This document shows positions 35,191-48,570 of a DNA stretch of 64,000 bases, in pieces. The stretch is from assembly GCA_013239625.1 (NCBI GenBank), contig MU057036.1, forward strand, positions 6,290,903-6,354,902, written 5' to 3'. Under the pieces are notes generated by a model. It saw only the letters and a program-made list of their open reading frames with translations. It was not told the origin of the DNA and did not search any database. Position numbers and translations under genes: made by a program. Numbering within the stretch: the first letter of the stretch is position 1; each line of letters opens with the position of its first letter. The stretch comes from Lama guanicoe. Lineage: Eukaryota.

Positions 35191-37489
35191 CCAAGGTTTG
35201 GATACTCTGCTCTTTTCTCTCTGCCTCTATAGCCCTCAGGGTAGGCTGTCTTTCCTCATCACCTCCCCTACCTCCCCACCCCCAGAAATCGAGGCTTAAA
35301 AACAAGGCATTCAGTTGTGCTTTTTCCCTATTAAAATCAGAGATTTCAATGCATGCAGAAAACATTTTTTTTGTTTAATTATTCAAACAAATGGGTTTTA
35401 TTGTAATGAGATTTTAAAAAAACCATTATGATGGGCCAAGGGCTGAGGCTTAAAATATTTTCATTTACTGATATGTTCTGCTTTAATGAAACCCAATATG
35501 TAAAAATCTAAACTTAGGTAAATTGGAATCTTTGTCTACATTTCTATTGTTGACATTACAAAAGAGGTATTCTGCCTTACAAAGCATTTATTCCAGTGTT
35601 CCTTTCAATAGTGAGATCCCTATGGTGCATTTAGAACACAACCTGAATTACTACCGTGTTATTTACACACAGGTGTTTGGTAAGCAAGGTTCACCCCGGG
35701 GAGAGTAGTGGGCTGTGGTAGGAATGGCTCTGAATTCCGTAATCAGTCAGGGAAGGGGAATTGAGAGAAGAGATTTTGAGTGACATCCTCAGGAAAAGGG
35801 AAGAAGGGCTCGACATTAGACTTTCAGGGCTCCTATCTCATCTTGATGTGAAGGCGTCTGTCAAATGCGCCATTATATACCGTTAGCTTAAACTGAGTGG
35901 TGTTAGCGATTAAATAATGGAACACGAATCAGAAGCCGTGTTTTCTGCTTCTGTCTCTTCCGGCTTCAGACTAGATACCGTTGACATGTTCGCTCTCAGG
36001 CTAGTTTCCCATTTACAGAGCAATTATTTCCATCCTAGGGGATGCAGTAAAGCCTTGTTAATGTTTTTAATAGCCTGTAGACCCTTCAGACTGGAGATGT
36101 GGCGTCTTTCCACACCACTTGTCTTGACCTTAGACAATAAAATAAATGGTCATAGAAACCAAATCATCAGTTAAGCAATTAAGAAAAACCATGTCATCCA
36201 AACTGTACCCAAAACCTTTCTTGAACAGCCTCATTAAATAAAACTAAAATCTGTTAAATGGATGCAACCTTTAATGAAGCTATTGGGTCAGCTTTTTTAT
36301 TCGAAAGAATTAGTTAAATAGATTTCAGCAAATCAAGGCCAGCTTGTGTCACCGGTGGAAAGACAGAAAGAGCCTCATTGTACAGAAGTGAGCAAAATCC
36401 TGAATCTATCTCACAAACTACATTGTGAGAGATTGAAAGAAGCGTTTTGATATTTTAGACCTATGGTCTTTGAAAGTAAACACCAGTTCTGGAATTATGG
36501 TAGAATCAGATCCTAAGTACCATCATTTAAAACATAACTCTTTGCTTATCTCTTAAGGGAAAACTAACTATCTTTAACAAGAAGAAACAAAAGGAGATGC
36601 AATAGATGTGTTTTCAAAGGAAAAGAAAAGAAACCAACTTGATGAATTAAAAATAAGGCTTAAGTCTGTAAGTTCTCTCTCTTCCTTTTGTTACCAAAAG
36701 TAGGATTCAATCATTTTTTCCTACTTTCTAAATGCAATATAAAACCAGTCTCCACAGGACCTAGAACAGAGCCTAGAACACAGTAGCCACTTAATAAATG
36801 AGTTAGTTGGCATTTCCAGAGGTGTCCTTCTCTTTAGGGACAGGGTAGGGGTGGTGCATTATGAAGGCAGGACTCAGAAGTGGGGACCAAGCCCTTTTTG
36901 GAGGTGCAGCCACACTTTCAGTGAGCACTGGAGGTGAGCAGAGAGACAGATCCCAGCCTCTGTACCCCACCTGGAAACAGCCACCTATGGGAGGGGTATT
37001 CCTGAGATGGGTACTGGTTAAAGTAGGATTTCAAGTCCTAGAGAGAATGGACGAAGAGGTACAGAAATGAGGAGGGAGGCACAAGTTCACAGCCAGACTA
37101 GAAGGCAGCAAACCCGATGCCAAGTCCTGATGCTTGAGGTCCAGATCTGCTGTGGGAACTCACATCAGATTGAACCTGAAGACGGGACACCACTCTTCCT
37201 AGCTGTGGGACGAGAGCTTACACACACACCAAGGCTGAGAAATAGATGATGTCATGAAATTAGCGTGTTTACAGTTTCCTTGGTCCTAAAAGAAACAGGA
37301 GAAGCTTTAAAATCTATGATCTGCTAACATCTCACAGGATGCTACTGACTTACATATCAGAAAAGAAACAATTATGGATAAGGATTGTTTGAATTAAGGC
37401 TTCCTCAAAGTATTCAATTAATACTGGTCCCAGAAATCATCCAGAACAGATACCTTGTTTTTTCCTTTAATGACGATGTCCCTCCCCGC

Positions 37490-37885
37490 TCTGTTTCAGG
37501 AAGGTGTGAGACAAATGGAACCATGAAGCTAGATAATTCAAAGAGAGTTTAATAAAGGAACCATTTACAAAGGTGTGGGCTGATTTAGGAAACCAACCGG
37601 AATAGTGCAGGGCCCCAGGTGATCAAAGTGGGGAGCCATTCCACCCTCAGGTGTGAAGAGCAATGTCTGGAGAGCGTTCCCCACCGGTCTTTATAGAGAA
37701 ACGCAGCAGGTGAGGAGCTGGGGAAATAAACGCTCCAACCGCCCTGTCCCCTCTTCCATCATCTCCTGCCTCACCTCGCACTGGCTGAACCCAACCAAAA
37801 GCCAGAGGGCACACAGGCCAGCTTCCAGGGCAGAGGAGGATGGAGGAGGGTAGAGAGTGGACGAGGAGGGTTCAAATGGAAGCAT
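37490..37885 (-). mobile_element. Ancient ERVL/MaLR-class LTR remnant
   Basis: 'gagagtttaataaagg..ccatttacaaaggtgtggg', 'tggctgaacccaacc..aagccagagggca'. Confidence 0.6.
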
Positions 37886-38142
37886 GTCTTCATTGGAAAG
37901 TTAATTCATATTGAGAAAACAGTTACCTCAAAGACATTGTTGGTACATTTCATAAAAGTACCCAATCAACAAGAATCTTTGGTCAGACTGTGGACTTCCT
38001 GACCGCAGGAACTGTTGTTCTTTAACCTTCACGACTAGCACTGTTCCTGGCACTTAATACGTGTTCAATAACTATTTGTCGAATGACTAAATACAGGAAT
38101 AAATTAATGAAAGAAGTATGTTCTGGTTTATGTAATTTTCTT

Positions 38143-38333
38143 TTTCTTTTCTTTTAATTAAAATTTTTTTTTTACTAAAGTGTAGTTGATTTACCATGTT
38201 AGTTTCAGGTGTACAGCAAAGTGATTCTGTTATGCATATACATACATCGATACTTTCTCTTTTCAGATTCTTTTCCACTATATGTTATTACAAGAAACTG
38301 AATATAATTCCCTGTACTATATAGTAGGTCCTT
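38143..38333 (-). mobile_element. Short 5'-truncated L1 with perfect 19-bp TSD
   Basis: L1 3' UTR in reverse; TSD tggtttatgtaattttctt at 38124-38142 and 38334-38352. Confidence 0.93.
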
Positions 38334-39719
38334 TGGTTTATGTAATTTTCTTGTCAAAGGAAGCGCTGTTCAAAAAGAAAAGCAGTCACAGAAAACCTCT
38401 TTGATCTTCTACCCCCATGACTGAAAATTCTTTCTAAAGCATAACGTTGGCTGTTCCCACACTTCTAAGAGGGATCTACGTAGCAGGAAGGAATAGTTCT
38501 TTGATGACTGAGAATCTGGCAACACTCAGGCTGTCATTCTCAATTCCAGGTGTGGGCAGCAGGGCTGACTTCCAAGACATCCAAAGTTTTCGAAAAAACA
38601 AATAAATAAACATGTAGGAATTGCCATAGCAGATCGGACTGTGGTTTATCCTGCCAGGAAGTCTCTGCTAGGGCTAAATGTCCCACATTTTTCCTGAAGT
38701 GTGACTGCTCTGATTGATTTGAAATGTGTTAATTAGGGTCCAGAGAGTAGAGATTTTACTTCTTCATTTAAAAAAATCTTTTTTTTTCTGCCTTTCTCAT
38801 ATTTTAACTTCTCTTCAGGTGCTTTCCCAATTTCCCCAAATGATTCAGCTGTCTTTATTAAGTCTCTGGACTTTTTTTTTCTATTGCCCTTCGAAAGATT
38901 TTATTTTTTACTCTTTTATATCAGCCTGGTAAGGGTTAAGTAGTGTTACCTGATTTCTTCTTTCAAATATTTCTTTAGATAAATCATTGCAACCATCTCT
39001 TAAACTTTGTGTATAATCCAAGTTCCCTGGTAATGTTGTCAGTGTGATTGCTCTTTGACCAAATCCTTCCATCCTCTCCTAATCTTAAAAAGCATGAGAG
39101 CCATTGGCCTGCCCACCTTCGGTGCTCTGGGACAGTCTGGTCCAGGGTCTGTCACAGGTACAGTTTGGTCAAAGATCACTGATGTCCACAACCTAGAAAG
39201 AAGGTTGTAACTCGCTTATGTGGATTTTCCCTGGATAAGTCTGTTTATTCCAGAGTAATTTCCTGGCGATGGTCTCTGGCAATTTCCTGTGATCCAGACC
39301 TTTTGTCCCTGCAGAAATCTGACTCTTTGCACTGATTCTGTTCTGTTTCCAAAGTAGCAAATCATCCCAGACACATGGAAACTCCCGCATTAGAGGACTC
39401 ATGGTATCCTCTTCCATCAACCTCTTCCAGGGCTTCCTGAAAGGAAACCTCCTCCCCATCCCTTACACCAGGCTTTGAAGTCACTGCTTCATGAGAGAGC
39501 CTGCACAGACCCGAGACTGACCAGATCCCTCCTCAGCCTTCTTGGCAGAAGTGAGGACCACAGACCTTTCATCCTGCCTTTCAGCCTGCACCCCTCTTCT
39601 TCCCAACCCCACTTTTCCTCTCCCATCGCCCCAAAACCATCTTTGCAGCTTACCTCTGAACTCTCTACAAGTCCTCTAACGCCCTCCTTGGTTTAGTCCT
39701 CACTTCTTGAAGTGGCAGA

Positions 39720-40260
39720 TTAGATAATGAGGATAACATTTATTTTTAAAATAAAATTTAAATTATGCTGTATAATATATACATAAAGATAATATACATA
39801 TGGAGATAAATATAAGCCAAAAGTGTAAAAATACAAAATAGATAAGCCAAAAAAACCTAAAAGATAAAAACCATCTCTAATCCTCTCATTCAGAGAAAAC
39901 CAAGGTTTATATCTAATGTCTATGCTAACAGTCTTTGGGGGAAAAGACATTGACTGTGTTTTTAATAAAATGAGACAATACTATTTATAACTCTCTTTTT
40001 ATCTCTGCTAAATAATACATTAGGGATATTTTTCCATGTCATCAATTCTTTAACGTCATTGGAACTGATTGCATAATATTCCACTTCATCAATGTTCATA
40101 ATTTATTCAACAAATGTCTTCTTGTTTCCAATTTTCCTCGCATTGCTGATGCTCCAATGGTCACCTTTATGCTTAAATATCTGCACGAACCAAGAGGAAG
40201 AAGTGACTCTGGTGGAATTACTGGATCAAAAAGCATGCAAAATTTGGAGGATTTTGATAC
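39720..40260 (-). mobile_element. Old L1 (L1ME-class) remnant
   Basis: 'ttttccatgtc', 'gcataatattcca', 'gtggaattactggatcaaa' are antisense old-L1 motifs. Confidence 0.6.
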
Positions 40261-43029
40261 AACTCAGCCATATGGCTGAGATTTGGAATCTCAACTGCAG
40301 GAAAGATTCAGAATTTGAGGTAAGAGGAAAGGTAAGGAGAAAATGAGGCTCTTTGAGAAGGATGTGAGGAATATCAGTAGTGAGGGAGACTGGAAAACAC
40401 TCAGGTAAAGAAATGAGAGATTGGAAGCTTAGCTCATCAACAAAAATATCTCGAGGAAGGGAGGTCTATTTGACATTTCAGAAATCATGTGAGTCTCCTC
40501 CCTAACCTAAGTGGAAAACTAACTTTACAGATTGAACACCTCAGCACTTACCCATGTATCCCTTGTATTTCCTCTGTGAAATATTTCTCAGAACAAAACA
40601 GATTGTAAGATCATGGTCTTAACGGTAAAACAAAGGATTGAAAAAAAAGGAAGTTCAAAAGTCAGCAGTGCTGATTTCATGCAGCGTTGTGAATTCCCTC
40701 CAACAAAGCAAAGCTGCAGGTGGGTGTATTACCAACCCCATCCTCACAATCTTTGAAATTAGAGCTGTGAAATGACTCTGGTGACATGTCTGACTCCTTT
40801 GTGACAAGTCTGATAAGGGTGTGGTCCCAGTCGTCTTAATGTCTGATTGAAATAGAACCTTGGAGTAAATATAGCCAGCTGAGAGTCTTCTTTCAGAATG
40901 GCTCACAAACACAGCAGGCTTAGGGGAGGATTTTGAGAATGTGTCCAGTGATGCCATTTCAACCATGACTTGAGGAAATTAACAAGAAAAACGATCGTCC
41001 ATTTTCTTGGGTGGTCGTGGCATCTGCGCTCCATTCTAGACTTGTATATTGCTTCAAGGTAGGATGACCCCCCCCCACCTCAGTCTCGAACAAACATAAG
41101 GCACATGCAGAAGAGAAGGAAGGAGGGAGGGCAAGAAGGAGACAGAGCGGGAGAAGAGAAGGAGAGAAAAGAAAGATGCACATGGAGAGAAAGGAGAGAA
41201 ACTTCTCCATTACCTTCAGCAGCATGAGAATAGTGATCTGTTAACCCTATTCTGAAGGCTGCTGTGCTTTCGGTTTTTCATGTAGGCTTGCATAACAATG
41301 GCCCTTAATATACACAGGCACACACCCGGAACTTAGTCTCCCAGGAACAAAACAAACAGAGCAAATGCCAGAGTCCTCGAAGGGCTGGTCTGTGATGAGC
41401 CAAAGGGAACCTCATGCGAATGCACTTCGAGGAAGCCCCATCATGGCACCTGGTGCAGCCTTCAAGGGCTTGGTTTGAACACAGCCTGCGGGCAGCATCC
41501 TTAATGTCCATTCTTTTTTGAGTAGGTCCAGCCTCTCCAGAACCTGAGCCCTACTTCTCTCCACTGTCGCCTGGATGGAGCGATGCTACAGCTGACAGCA
41601 GTGACTGGCAGGAGTCTGGGAAAGTACAATAATATTCTAAGTTGCCTTTCGTCTGATTTTTATTTAGGCTAATTTGCATGACTGGTTTATGCCAAATGAG
41701 GATATTTTCCCTTCTTGGAATAGCTTCATGTTAAAATATCACTCTTTTCAAAGTGCCCAAATATTACTGGGATGAATAATGAGACAGATGGAAAATAGGA
41801 GGGGTGGAGCAAGTTCAGAATGCTTTATACTTGGCAGAATAAATGAGCTTTGCAGAGTTCCAGCCTCCATCTAGTTTACCCATCTGAAGGCACCTTCCAC
41901 GCCATCCTATGGAGATGCAAAGACCAGTGAGGTTCCCGGAGCTCAGCATCCACAGAAGCCACACCAACTCTAGGGACCTCCTACTCACAGCCTAGTCAAA
42001 GGGCACAGGGCAGCTCTCCAACCCAGCTTAGTGCATCCTAAGGAGCGAGCGTGCCCTGTGACAGCTTCCAGGTTGTGGGACTTTGCTGTGTGTAGAACTC
42101 TGCCTGAAGCATCAACCATTTTTCCAAAAAGAGCACCAAAAAATCCAGTGCAGTGTGGGTTTTCAGAAGATAGAAGATGGCAAGGCATTCTTTATCCTTT
42201 TCTGAGCAAACAAAAGCAGGAAGCAACTGGCAGCTAAATATTGGACTGAATCGTGTTCACTGCTACTTGCTGCTGATAACACAGAATGCGTCCGATTGAA
42301 TCCCGTTACAGGCAGCTGCCAGCCCGATGGATCCCAATGTCGTTCCCCCAGCTACCAAGTGCTTCTGTGTCTCCTTCCTCTACCCAGACCTAGCCCACCC
42401 CTCAAGGCCCACGTGAAATGTCAGCATCTCTTCTAGAAGCCTCTCCCATGCAGATGCTTCCTATCTGTACCAGCTCTTCTCTCCATGAAAAAATTAAGAG
42501 ATTAATAATGAAGCAACAGGAGAGAGATTAAAAAGCCATCTGGTGAGCAGTCCCTGACACAGCTTAAAATATCCACAAAAAAACAAAAAGAGACTCAAGC
42601 TCACAGTAAAAGCAAGGACTTAGTAGTCAGATGGATCTGAATTCAGTTTCTCGATCTGCTGCTTCCTCGCTGTGTAGTTTGGGGAGTGGTTATTTAACCT
42701 CTTCACACTTTAATTCTGGGGATAATAATAATAATACCTACCTTGTAGGAGTTTTGAGATGAGTTGATTATAATTATAAGCAGTCTGAGCAGCATACACG
42801 TTAGTAATTACAACTACTACCCTTGCAGCCGGGAGGAACCACCTATTGCCACCATCCTGGCAGGAGGTCCAGTAACTTACTGACTGACGGAACCAGATTG
42901 AAAATGTATTTGGTGTTCCTTTAACGTCTGGCTGTTGCAATCAGTGAGAGCTGGTCGGTCAATAGGCAGGAAAAATCACATCCCTGCCCCCGAGTCTGTT
43001 CCTGGGTGTCGAGAGCTCACAGTGCCATG

Positions 43030-43420
43030 GTTCATTCATTCATTCATTCTTTCATTCACTGAATGTTTAGTGAATGCCCAGTAAGTGCTGGGAGGTGGAT
43101 GTAGAGCCACAAACAAGGCTGACAAAAATTCCTGCCCTCCGGGAGCTTACATTCTAATAGAGAAATCAGACATATAAGTAAGATATATGGTGTCCTACAG
43201 GCACAGGGAGTGCAGAGCTGGGGGTGGCCCACAAAGTGGCTCTGATGCTGGGGGAGGGGCCGTCCATCCCTCCGTGGAGAGCCACGTGGTGACGTCAGAG
43301 ACGGAGTGCTGGGTGCCCTGCGGGAGGAGGACTGAGCCCCGCTCAGCCTGCACCTGCTGGGGAAGCCATGGAGTCCAGAGGCATCAGGAAGCCCTGCAGC
43401 TCTGAGGGGCTGGAGGAGCC
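43030..43420 (-). mobile_element. L2 LINE 3' region
   Basis: 'ttcattcattcattcattc...acaaaaattcctgccctcc.ggagcttacattcta'. Confidence 0.7.
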
Positions 43421-43791
43421 CAGCCCGAGACCCACGTGTGGTTGTCACAGTTACTACACCCCCTTAACTGTCCCATCCTCAGTCATGTTACAGAAAGCAC
43501 CTGCTAAGGAAAATGCCTCATGCTTCTATTTATTAGCTTCATCTTTAGTCAAAGGAGCCTATAAGCATCTTGAGGGCAAAGACCAATTCGCATACTCAAA
43601 TCGCCCACGATTATTTTCTCAGGGCTCAGAGCTGACATGTACTGATTATTCAGTGTTAAATCATCAACCCTCGCACCAGTCCATGAGCTGGTACTTGTAG
43701 CATCTCCAGATGAGGCAATAAGGCCCAGGGAGGTAAAATACCTCGCTTGGGGTCACTCAGCTACTAAGGGGCAGTTTAGCTTTAGGGATGC

Positions 43792-44184
43792 TCTGATGGG
43801 CTGAGGTGCGTCCCCTCAAAGTCGCACGTTTTTGAACAATGGAGTTCTAACCTCAGGACCTCAGAATGTGACTGTGTTTGGAGAAAGAGTCTTCAAAGAG
43901 ATAATTAAGGTAAATGAGGTAGTAGGATGGGCCCTAATCCAATATGACTGGTGTCCTGATCAGAAGAGTAAGTTTGAGCACAGGCAGTTACAGAGGGAAG
44001 CCCACAGGAAGACACAGGGAGAGGGCAGCCATCCCTAAGCCAAGGAGAGAGGCCTTCTTGAATCAACTCTGCCAACATCCTGATCTCAGACTGCCGGCCT
44101 TCAGAACCGTGAGAAAATAAATACCTGTTTTTTAAGCCACCAGTTCGTGGTTCTTTACTACGGCAGCCCTCACAAATGAACACA
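43792..44184 (+). mobile_element. MLT1B MaLR solo LTR
   Basis: 'acctcagaatgtgactgtgtttggag...gggccctaatccaatatgactggtgtcct...aagacacagggagagggcagccatc..aagccaaggagagaggcc...gagaaaataaat'. Confidence 0.85.
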
Positions 44185-44643
44185 GGTATGTGGCGAGTAT
44201 TGGAGAAGCATCTGGAGTTCTGTGTTTTGTTTGTGAGGCCGCCCAATCTGGCCCTGCCATTGCTGGGGGCAACGCAAGGAGGTGACATCTCCAGTCCTCT
44301 GGGCATTTGGCTTCCAGCAGCCTGAGATGCCCATGGTCTCCTCAGTGCTGAGCACACCCTAGCAGATACAAATATTCATCCTCATCACACAGAAGCTGTG
44401 ATGCAAGTGCAGACACCAAGCACAACTCACAGAACTAGACTTTCTCACTTACTGATTCATTGATTCACTCAACCAGTGATTATTCATGCCTGCTATGTCC
44501 CAGGAACTGTCCTGGGTATATAAAAATGACCAGATTATGTTACAGTCATAAGGAAGTCATCATATAAATAAATGTAAAATCTATTTTTATCAGATAATTA
44601 TAGTAATAAAATTAAAATAATCTATATGGTAAGAATTAAAAGA

Positions 44644-45400
44644 AGTGCAGCCACTATGGAGAACAGTATGGAGGTTCCTAAAAAACTAAAACTTGGAGTT
44701 ACCATATGATTCAGCAATCCCACTCCTGGGCATATATCCAGAGAAAAACTGTAATTCAAAANNNNNNNNNNNNNNNNNNNNNNNNNNNNNNNNNNNNNNN
44801 NNNNNNNNNNNNNNNNNNNNNNNNNNNNNNNNNNNNNNNNNNNNNNNNNNNNNNNNNNNNNNNNNNNNNNNNNNNNNNNNNNNNNNNNNNNNNNNNNNNA
44901 ATGATATAATGCCATTTGCAGCAACACGGATGGACCTAGAGATTATCATACTAAATGAAGTAAGTCAGACAGAGAGAAACAAATATCATATGATATCATT
45001 TACATGTGGAATCTAAAAAATAGTACAAATGAACTTATTTAAAAAACAAAAACAGACCCACAGACATAGAAAACAAACTGATAGCTACTAAAGGGTGGGG
45101 GAAGAATAAATTAGGAGCATGGGATTAACAGATGCACACTACCATGAATAAAATAGATAAACAACAAGGACTTACTATACAGCACAGGGAACTACATTCA
45201 ATATCTTGTAATAACCTATAATGGAAAAGAATCAAAAAAGAATATAGATATATATACATATGTATAATGAATCACTTTGTTATGCACCTGATACACAATA
45301 TTGTAAATCAACTATACTTCAAAAAAAAAGAAAAAAATTTTTAAATTAAATAAATTTAAAAAAAAATCAAAAGAAATTTTCAAAAAAAAAGAAATAAAGA
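44644..45400 (+). mobile_element. 5'-truncated young L1 (ORF2 C-terminus, 3' UTR, long A-tail) inserted in an L2
   Basis: ELPYDSAIPLLGIYPEK...NDIMPFAATRMDLEIIILNEVSQTE; degenerate TSD aagaattaaaag/aagaataaaaag. Confidence 0.93.
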
Positions 45401-47016
45401 ATAAAAAGGGAGCGCTGTACAGTGCAATGGACAGAGTTGACAAGAAAGTTGACCTAAGCAGAGAGGTCAGTAAAGGCTGGAGCCTTAGATGCACAGGATG
45501 GAGTTAACAAAGTAAAGAGGAGAAGGGCTAGGATTCCAGCAGAGAAAACAGCCAGGGCAAAGATTTAAAGAAATGGACCCAACACACGCCAGCCCTGCTT
45601 CTCAGAAGCTTGCAGGAGGAAGGAGAGATGAAAAAGGAGGAAAACAAGAAGGGGAGGTGAGGTGATGGAGAAGGGAAGGAGGAAACTGACATTGAAATCT
45701 ACTACAAGCCAGACATCGTGCTCAGCGTCTTTGCACAATTCATCTCATATTTTCAGCCATCACAGACACAGCTGCATAGGACCAGGGTGAGGCAGGAAAG
45801 GTGCCCTTGCCCGACCCTGAGAGAGACGCTTCCTTCCGTTTTACGCTGCATGTGCCTCACGCTAGCCCGGGCCCTGCAGCTCCATGGGCATGTGTCTTCC
45901 TTATCAGTGGTGGCCTGGACCATCTGGGCGGGACCACCCATGCTCTCAGAAGCAGGGCCCCGACCCAGCAGCCCTTGGAAAGCTTGCCGTGCACAGTCAA
46001 TCAGGCCCCTGAACCTTTCCCACAGCCCAGCTACCACAGTCTGTGCATCACGTCACCTGGGCAGCCTCGCTGTGGGGCTGTGAACAAAGTCCAGGGGGGT
46101 TGGTGAAGATAACAGGAGGTCAGGAGTTGGTGGGATGGGATGGGATGGACGGAAGGCTTCACATTCTCAGGCAAAGTCCAAGATAGCAGAAAGAATTTAC
46201 AGGCCAAAGCCAAGACCCGGAATATAAACAGGGAGATAAACTGGGCTATTTTCAATTGCTGCCCAAGAAGTACTTCTGTGCTATATATACAGCAACAGAA
46301 AAAGAGAAAGAGAAGTGAGGGCTTCAGCTCAGATCAAAAATATTTTCACATACATTTACATGCCACTTTCAAAAAGCCAAGCAGCACTCAGGTCAAAGAA
46401 ATTCCCTTTATTTTCTATAATTCATCATCATGCTTACCTCTAACACTTTCCTTCCTCCTTCACGAATGAACACAAGTAAGAGCTGAAGGAATTTTACTAA
46501 CACAATCTCTCTGAAAGTAGGACTGAGAGTTATGTCTTTTACCTAGATCAGCATCCATATTAAAGTCCCTCAGAGAACTTTGTTTTCAAATTTGATGCTG
46601 AGAAAAAGAAAAATGTAATGTTTCTTTTCCAATAATAACGGCTACAGAACTTACTAAGTTTCCCCTTTTACCGTGGTTGCTAGGAAGCTCAGATCATAGT
46701 TAAGTCTCAACTGTTGCAACTATGTTGGTCCTTCTGCTTGTAATTACCATTCCCTTGGTTTGGTCCTGATTTCCTATTTGTTCTTATGGCTTCCTTGCAC
46801 ATATTTCTGTTGTGAATTGCTGTACATTCTTTGGGGAAAGAGAGTATAAACAAAACAACAAACGAGTTCTATTACCTGTCCTTGGACCAAGTTTCTCACA
46901 CTAAGAACTCCTAAATAACCCCTGTCCTTGGTCATTGTTTTAACAGCAACTCTGACATGACAAAAAGATGTTGTCTTAGCACCTTAGCCCCCACAGGAAA
47001 TAACTTGAGTGCAGAG

Positions 47017-47450
47017 TGTATTGTTTATTTATGGCAACCTTTAAAAGAGCTTTGCAGCTTCAAACAACAAACATTTATTATCTCACACAGCTTCTGTGAG
47101 CAGGAAGGTGGGAGAACCCTGGGTGGTTCTGGACTAGTCTCTCATGAGTTTTGGCCAAGCTGTGCCCCTGGGCTGCAGTCATCTGAAGGCTTGACTGGGG
47201 CTGGAGGCATCCCTACCTGCCCCCAAACCCAGTGCCAGCCAGTGATCCAAAAGAGAGAGAGCAAGACTAAGCCACATGCCTTTTATGCTCTAGTCTCGAG
47301 GGCCACACAGCATTACTTCCAGAACATTCTGTTTGTTAAAAGTGAGTCACTAGATAATACAGACTGACCACATTCCACGGGAGGGGAACTAATTTCCACC
47401 TATTGATGGGAGAAGTATCAAAAAATTTTGAGCATATTTTTAAAACACAG
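47017..47450 (-). mobile_element. MaLR LTR (MLT1F/G/H-like)
   Basis: 'aaacaacaaacatttattatctcaca', 'gggctgcagtcatctgaaggcttgactggggctggagg', 'agtgagtcacta'. Confidence 0.75.
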
Positions 47451-47490
47451 CTCAGAATATAAAGCTACTTTCATTTTTGAAAAAGTACAA

Positions 47491-47665
47491 GGAGGGAGGA
47501 TATAGCTCAGTGGTAGAGTGCATGCCTAGCATTCCTGGGTTCAGCCCCCAGTACCTCCATTAAAAAATAAAATAAAATAAGTAAATAAATAAACCTAATT
47601 ACCTCCCCACCCAAAAAAATGCAGAGTAAAAAAAAAAAAGAATAATTATCTTAAAAAAAATTTTA
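47491..47665 (+). mobile_element. Vic-1-type SINE, long form with small internal deletion
   Basis: 'tatagctcagtggtagagtgcatgcctagcattcctgggttca...aataaacctaattacctcccc'. Confidence 0.9.
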
Positions 47666-48327
47666 AAGTGTATATGTGTACCAAGGCACAGCTTGGTATG
47701 CAATGTGACTTTACCTAGATGCAAACCAGGACAGAAAAACAAGTCGAAAAAGAAAATGCTTTTCCTCAATCTATATGCTGCAGGCAAGCATCCTGCAAAG
47801 GCGTGGCTCCATAAAGTTCCAAACACGGGCATATGTCAGAGAGAGAACATGTCCCCACGTGGTGTGGGAATGAGAGAGAGAAGGCTAAACATGTCAGAAG
47901 GAAAGAAAGGAAACTGTTTCTAGCCAGTCTGAAAAGTCAGCCTCCCTTGGGACCTAAATGGAAGACTGAAGCCTAGGTGGCGAGGTCTCAGTTATCTATA
48001 AATTACCCTCATCTTTTGTCAAGCCTTCTAGTTAGATCCCAGGAGAGAAAAATGAGCAGTGATTCAGAAAGCAAGGTTGGAAATGAGAGCTGAGTTCATC
48101 TCTGGAGGTGATGAGGGATGCTGGGATGGGGTGGAGGTGTTAATCACAGCTTGAAATGTCATCGATTGATGTTGCTGGGAGAAATCTAGTAACTTCACTT
48201 GGCCAGATGTGGGGAGCCTGGTATATCCCCCTGCTGTTCTGCACCCATGCTGTAGGCATAATTTGCTTCTTATTAGCCTAGAAGTTGCTCCCCACAGTGA
48301 AAGAGGCAATAGAAAAGCAAGGCCACT

Positions 48328-48570
48328 TTCAAAACTACGATAATGTACCACCTCACACCAGTCAAAATGGCCATCACNNNNNNNNNNNNNNNNNNNNNNN
48401 NNNNNNNNNNNNNNNNNNNNNNNNNNNNNNNNNNNNNNNNNNNNNNNNNNNNNNNNNNNNNNNNNNNNNNNNNNNNNNNNNNNNNNNNNNNNNNNNNNNN
48501 NNNNNNNNNNNNNTTACCGTATGACCCAGGAATCCTGCTCCTGGGCATATGTCCAGAAGGAACCCTACTT
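48328..48570 (+). mobile_element. Internal L1 ORF2 fragment lacking 3' UTR and poly(A)
   Basis: YHLTPVKMAI...LPYDPGILLLGICPE, then an abrupt return to unique sequence. Confidence 0.85.
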
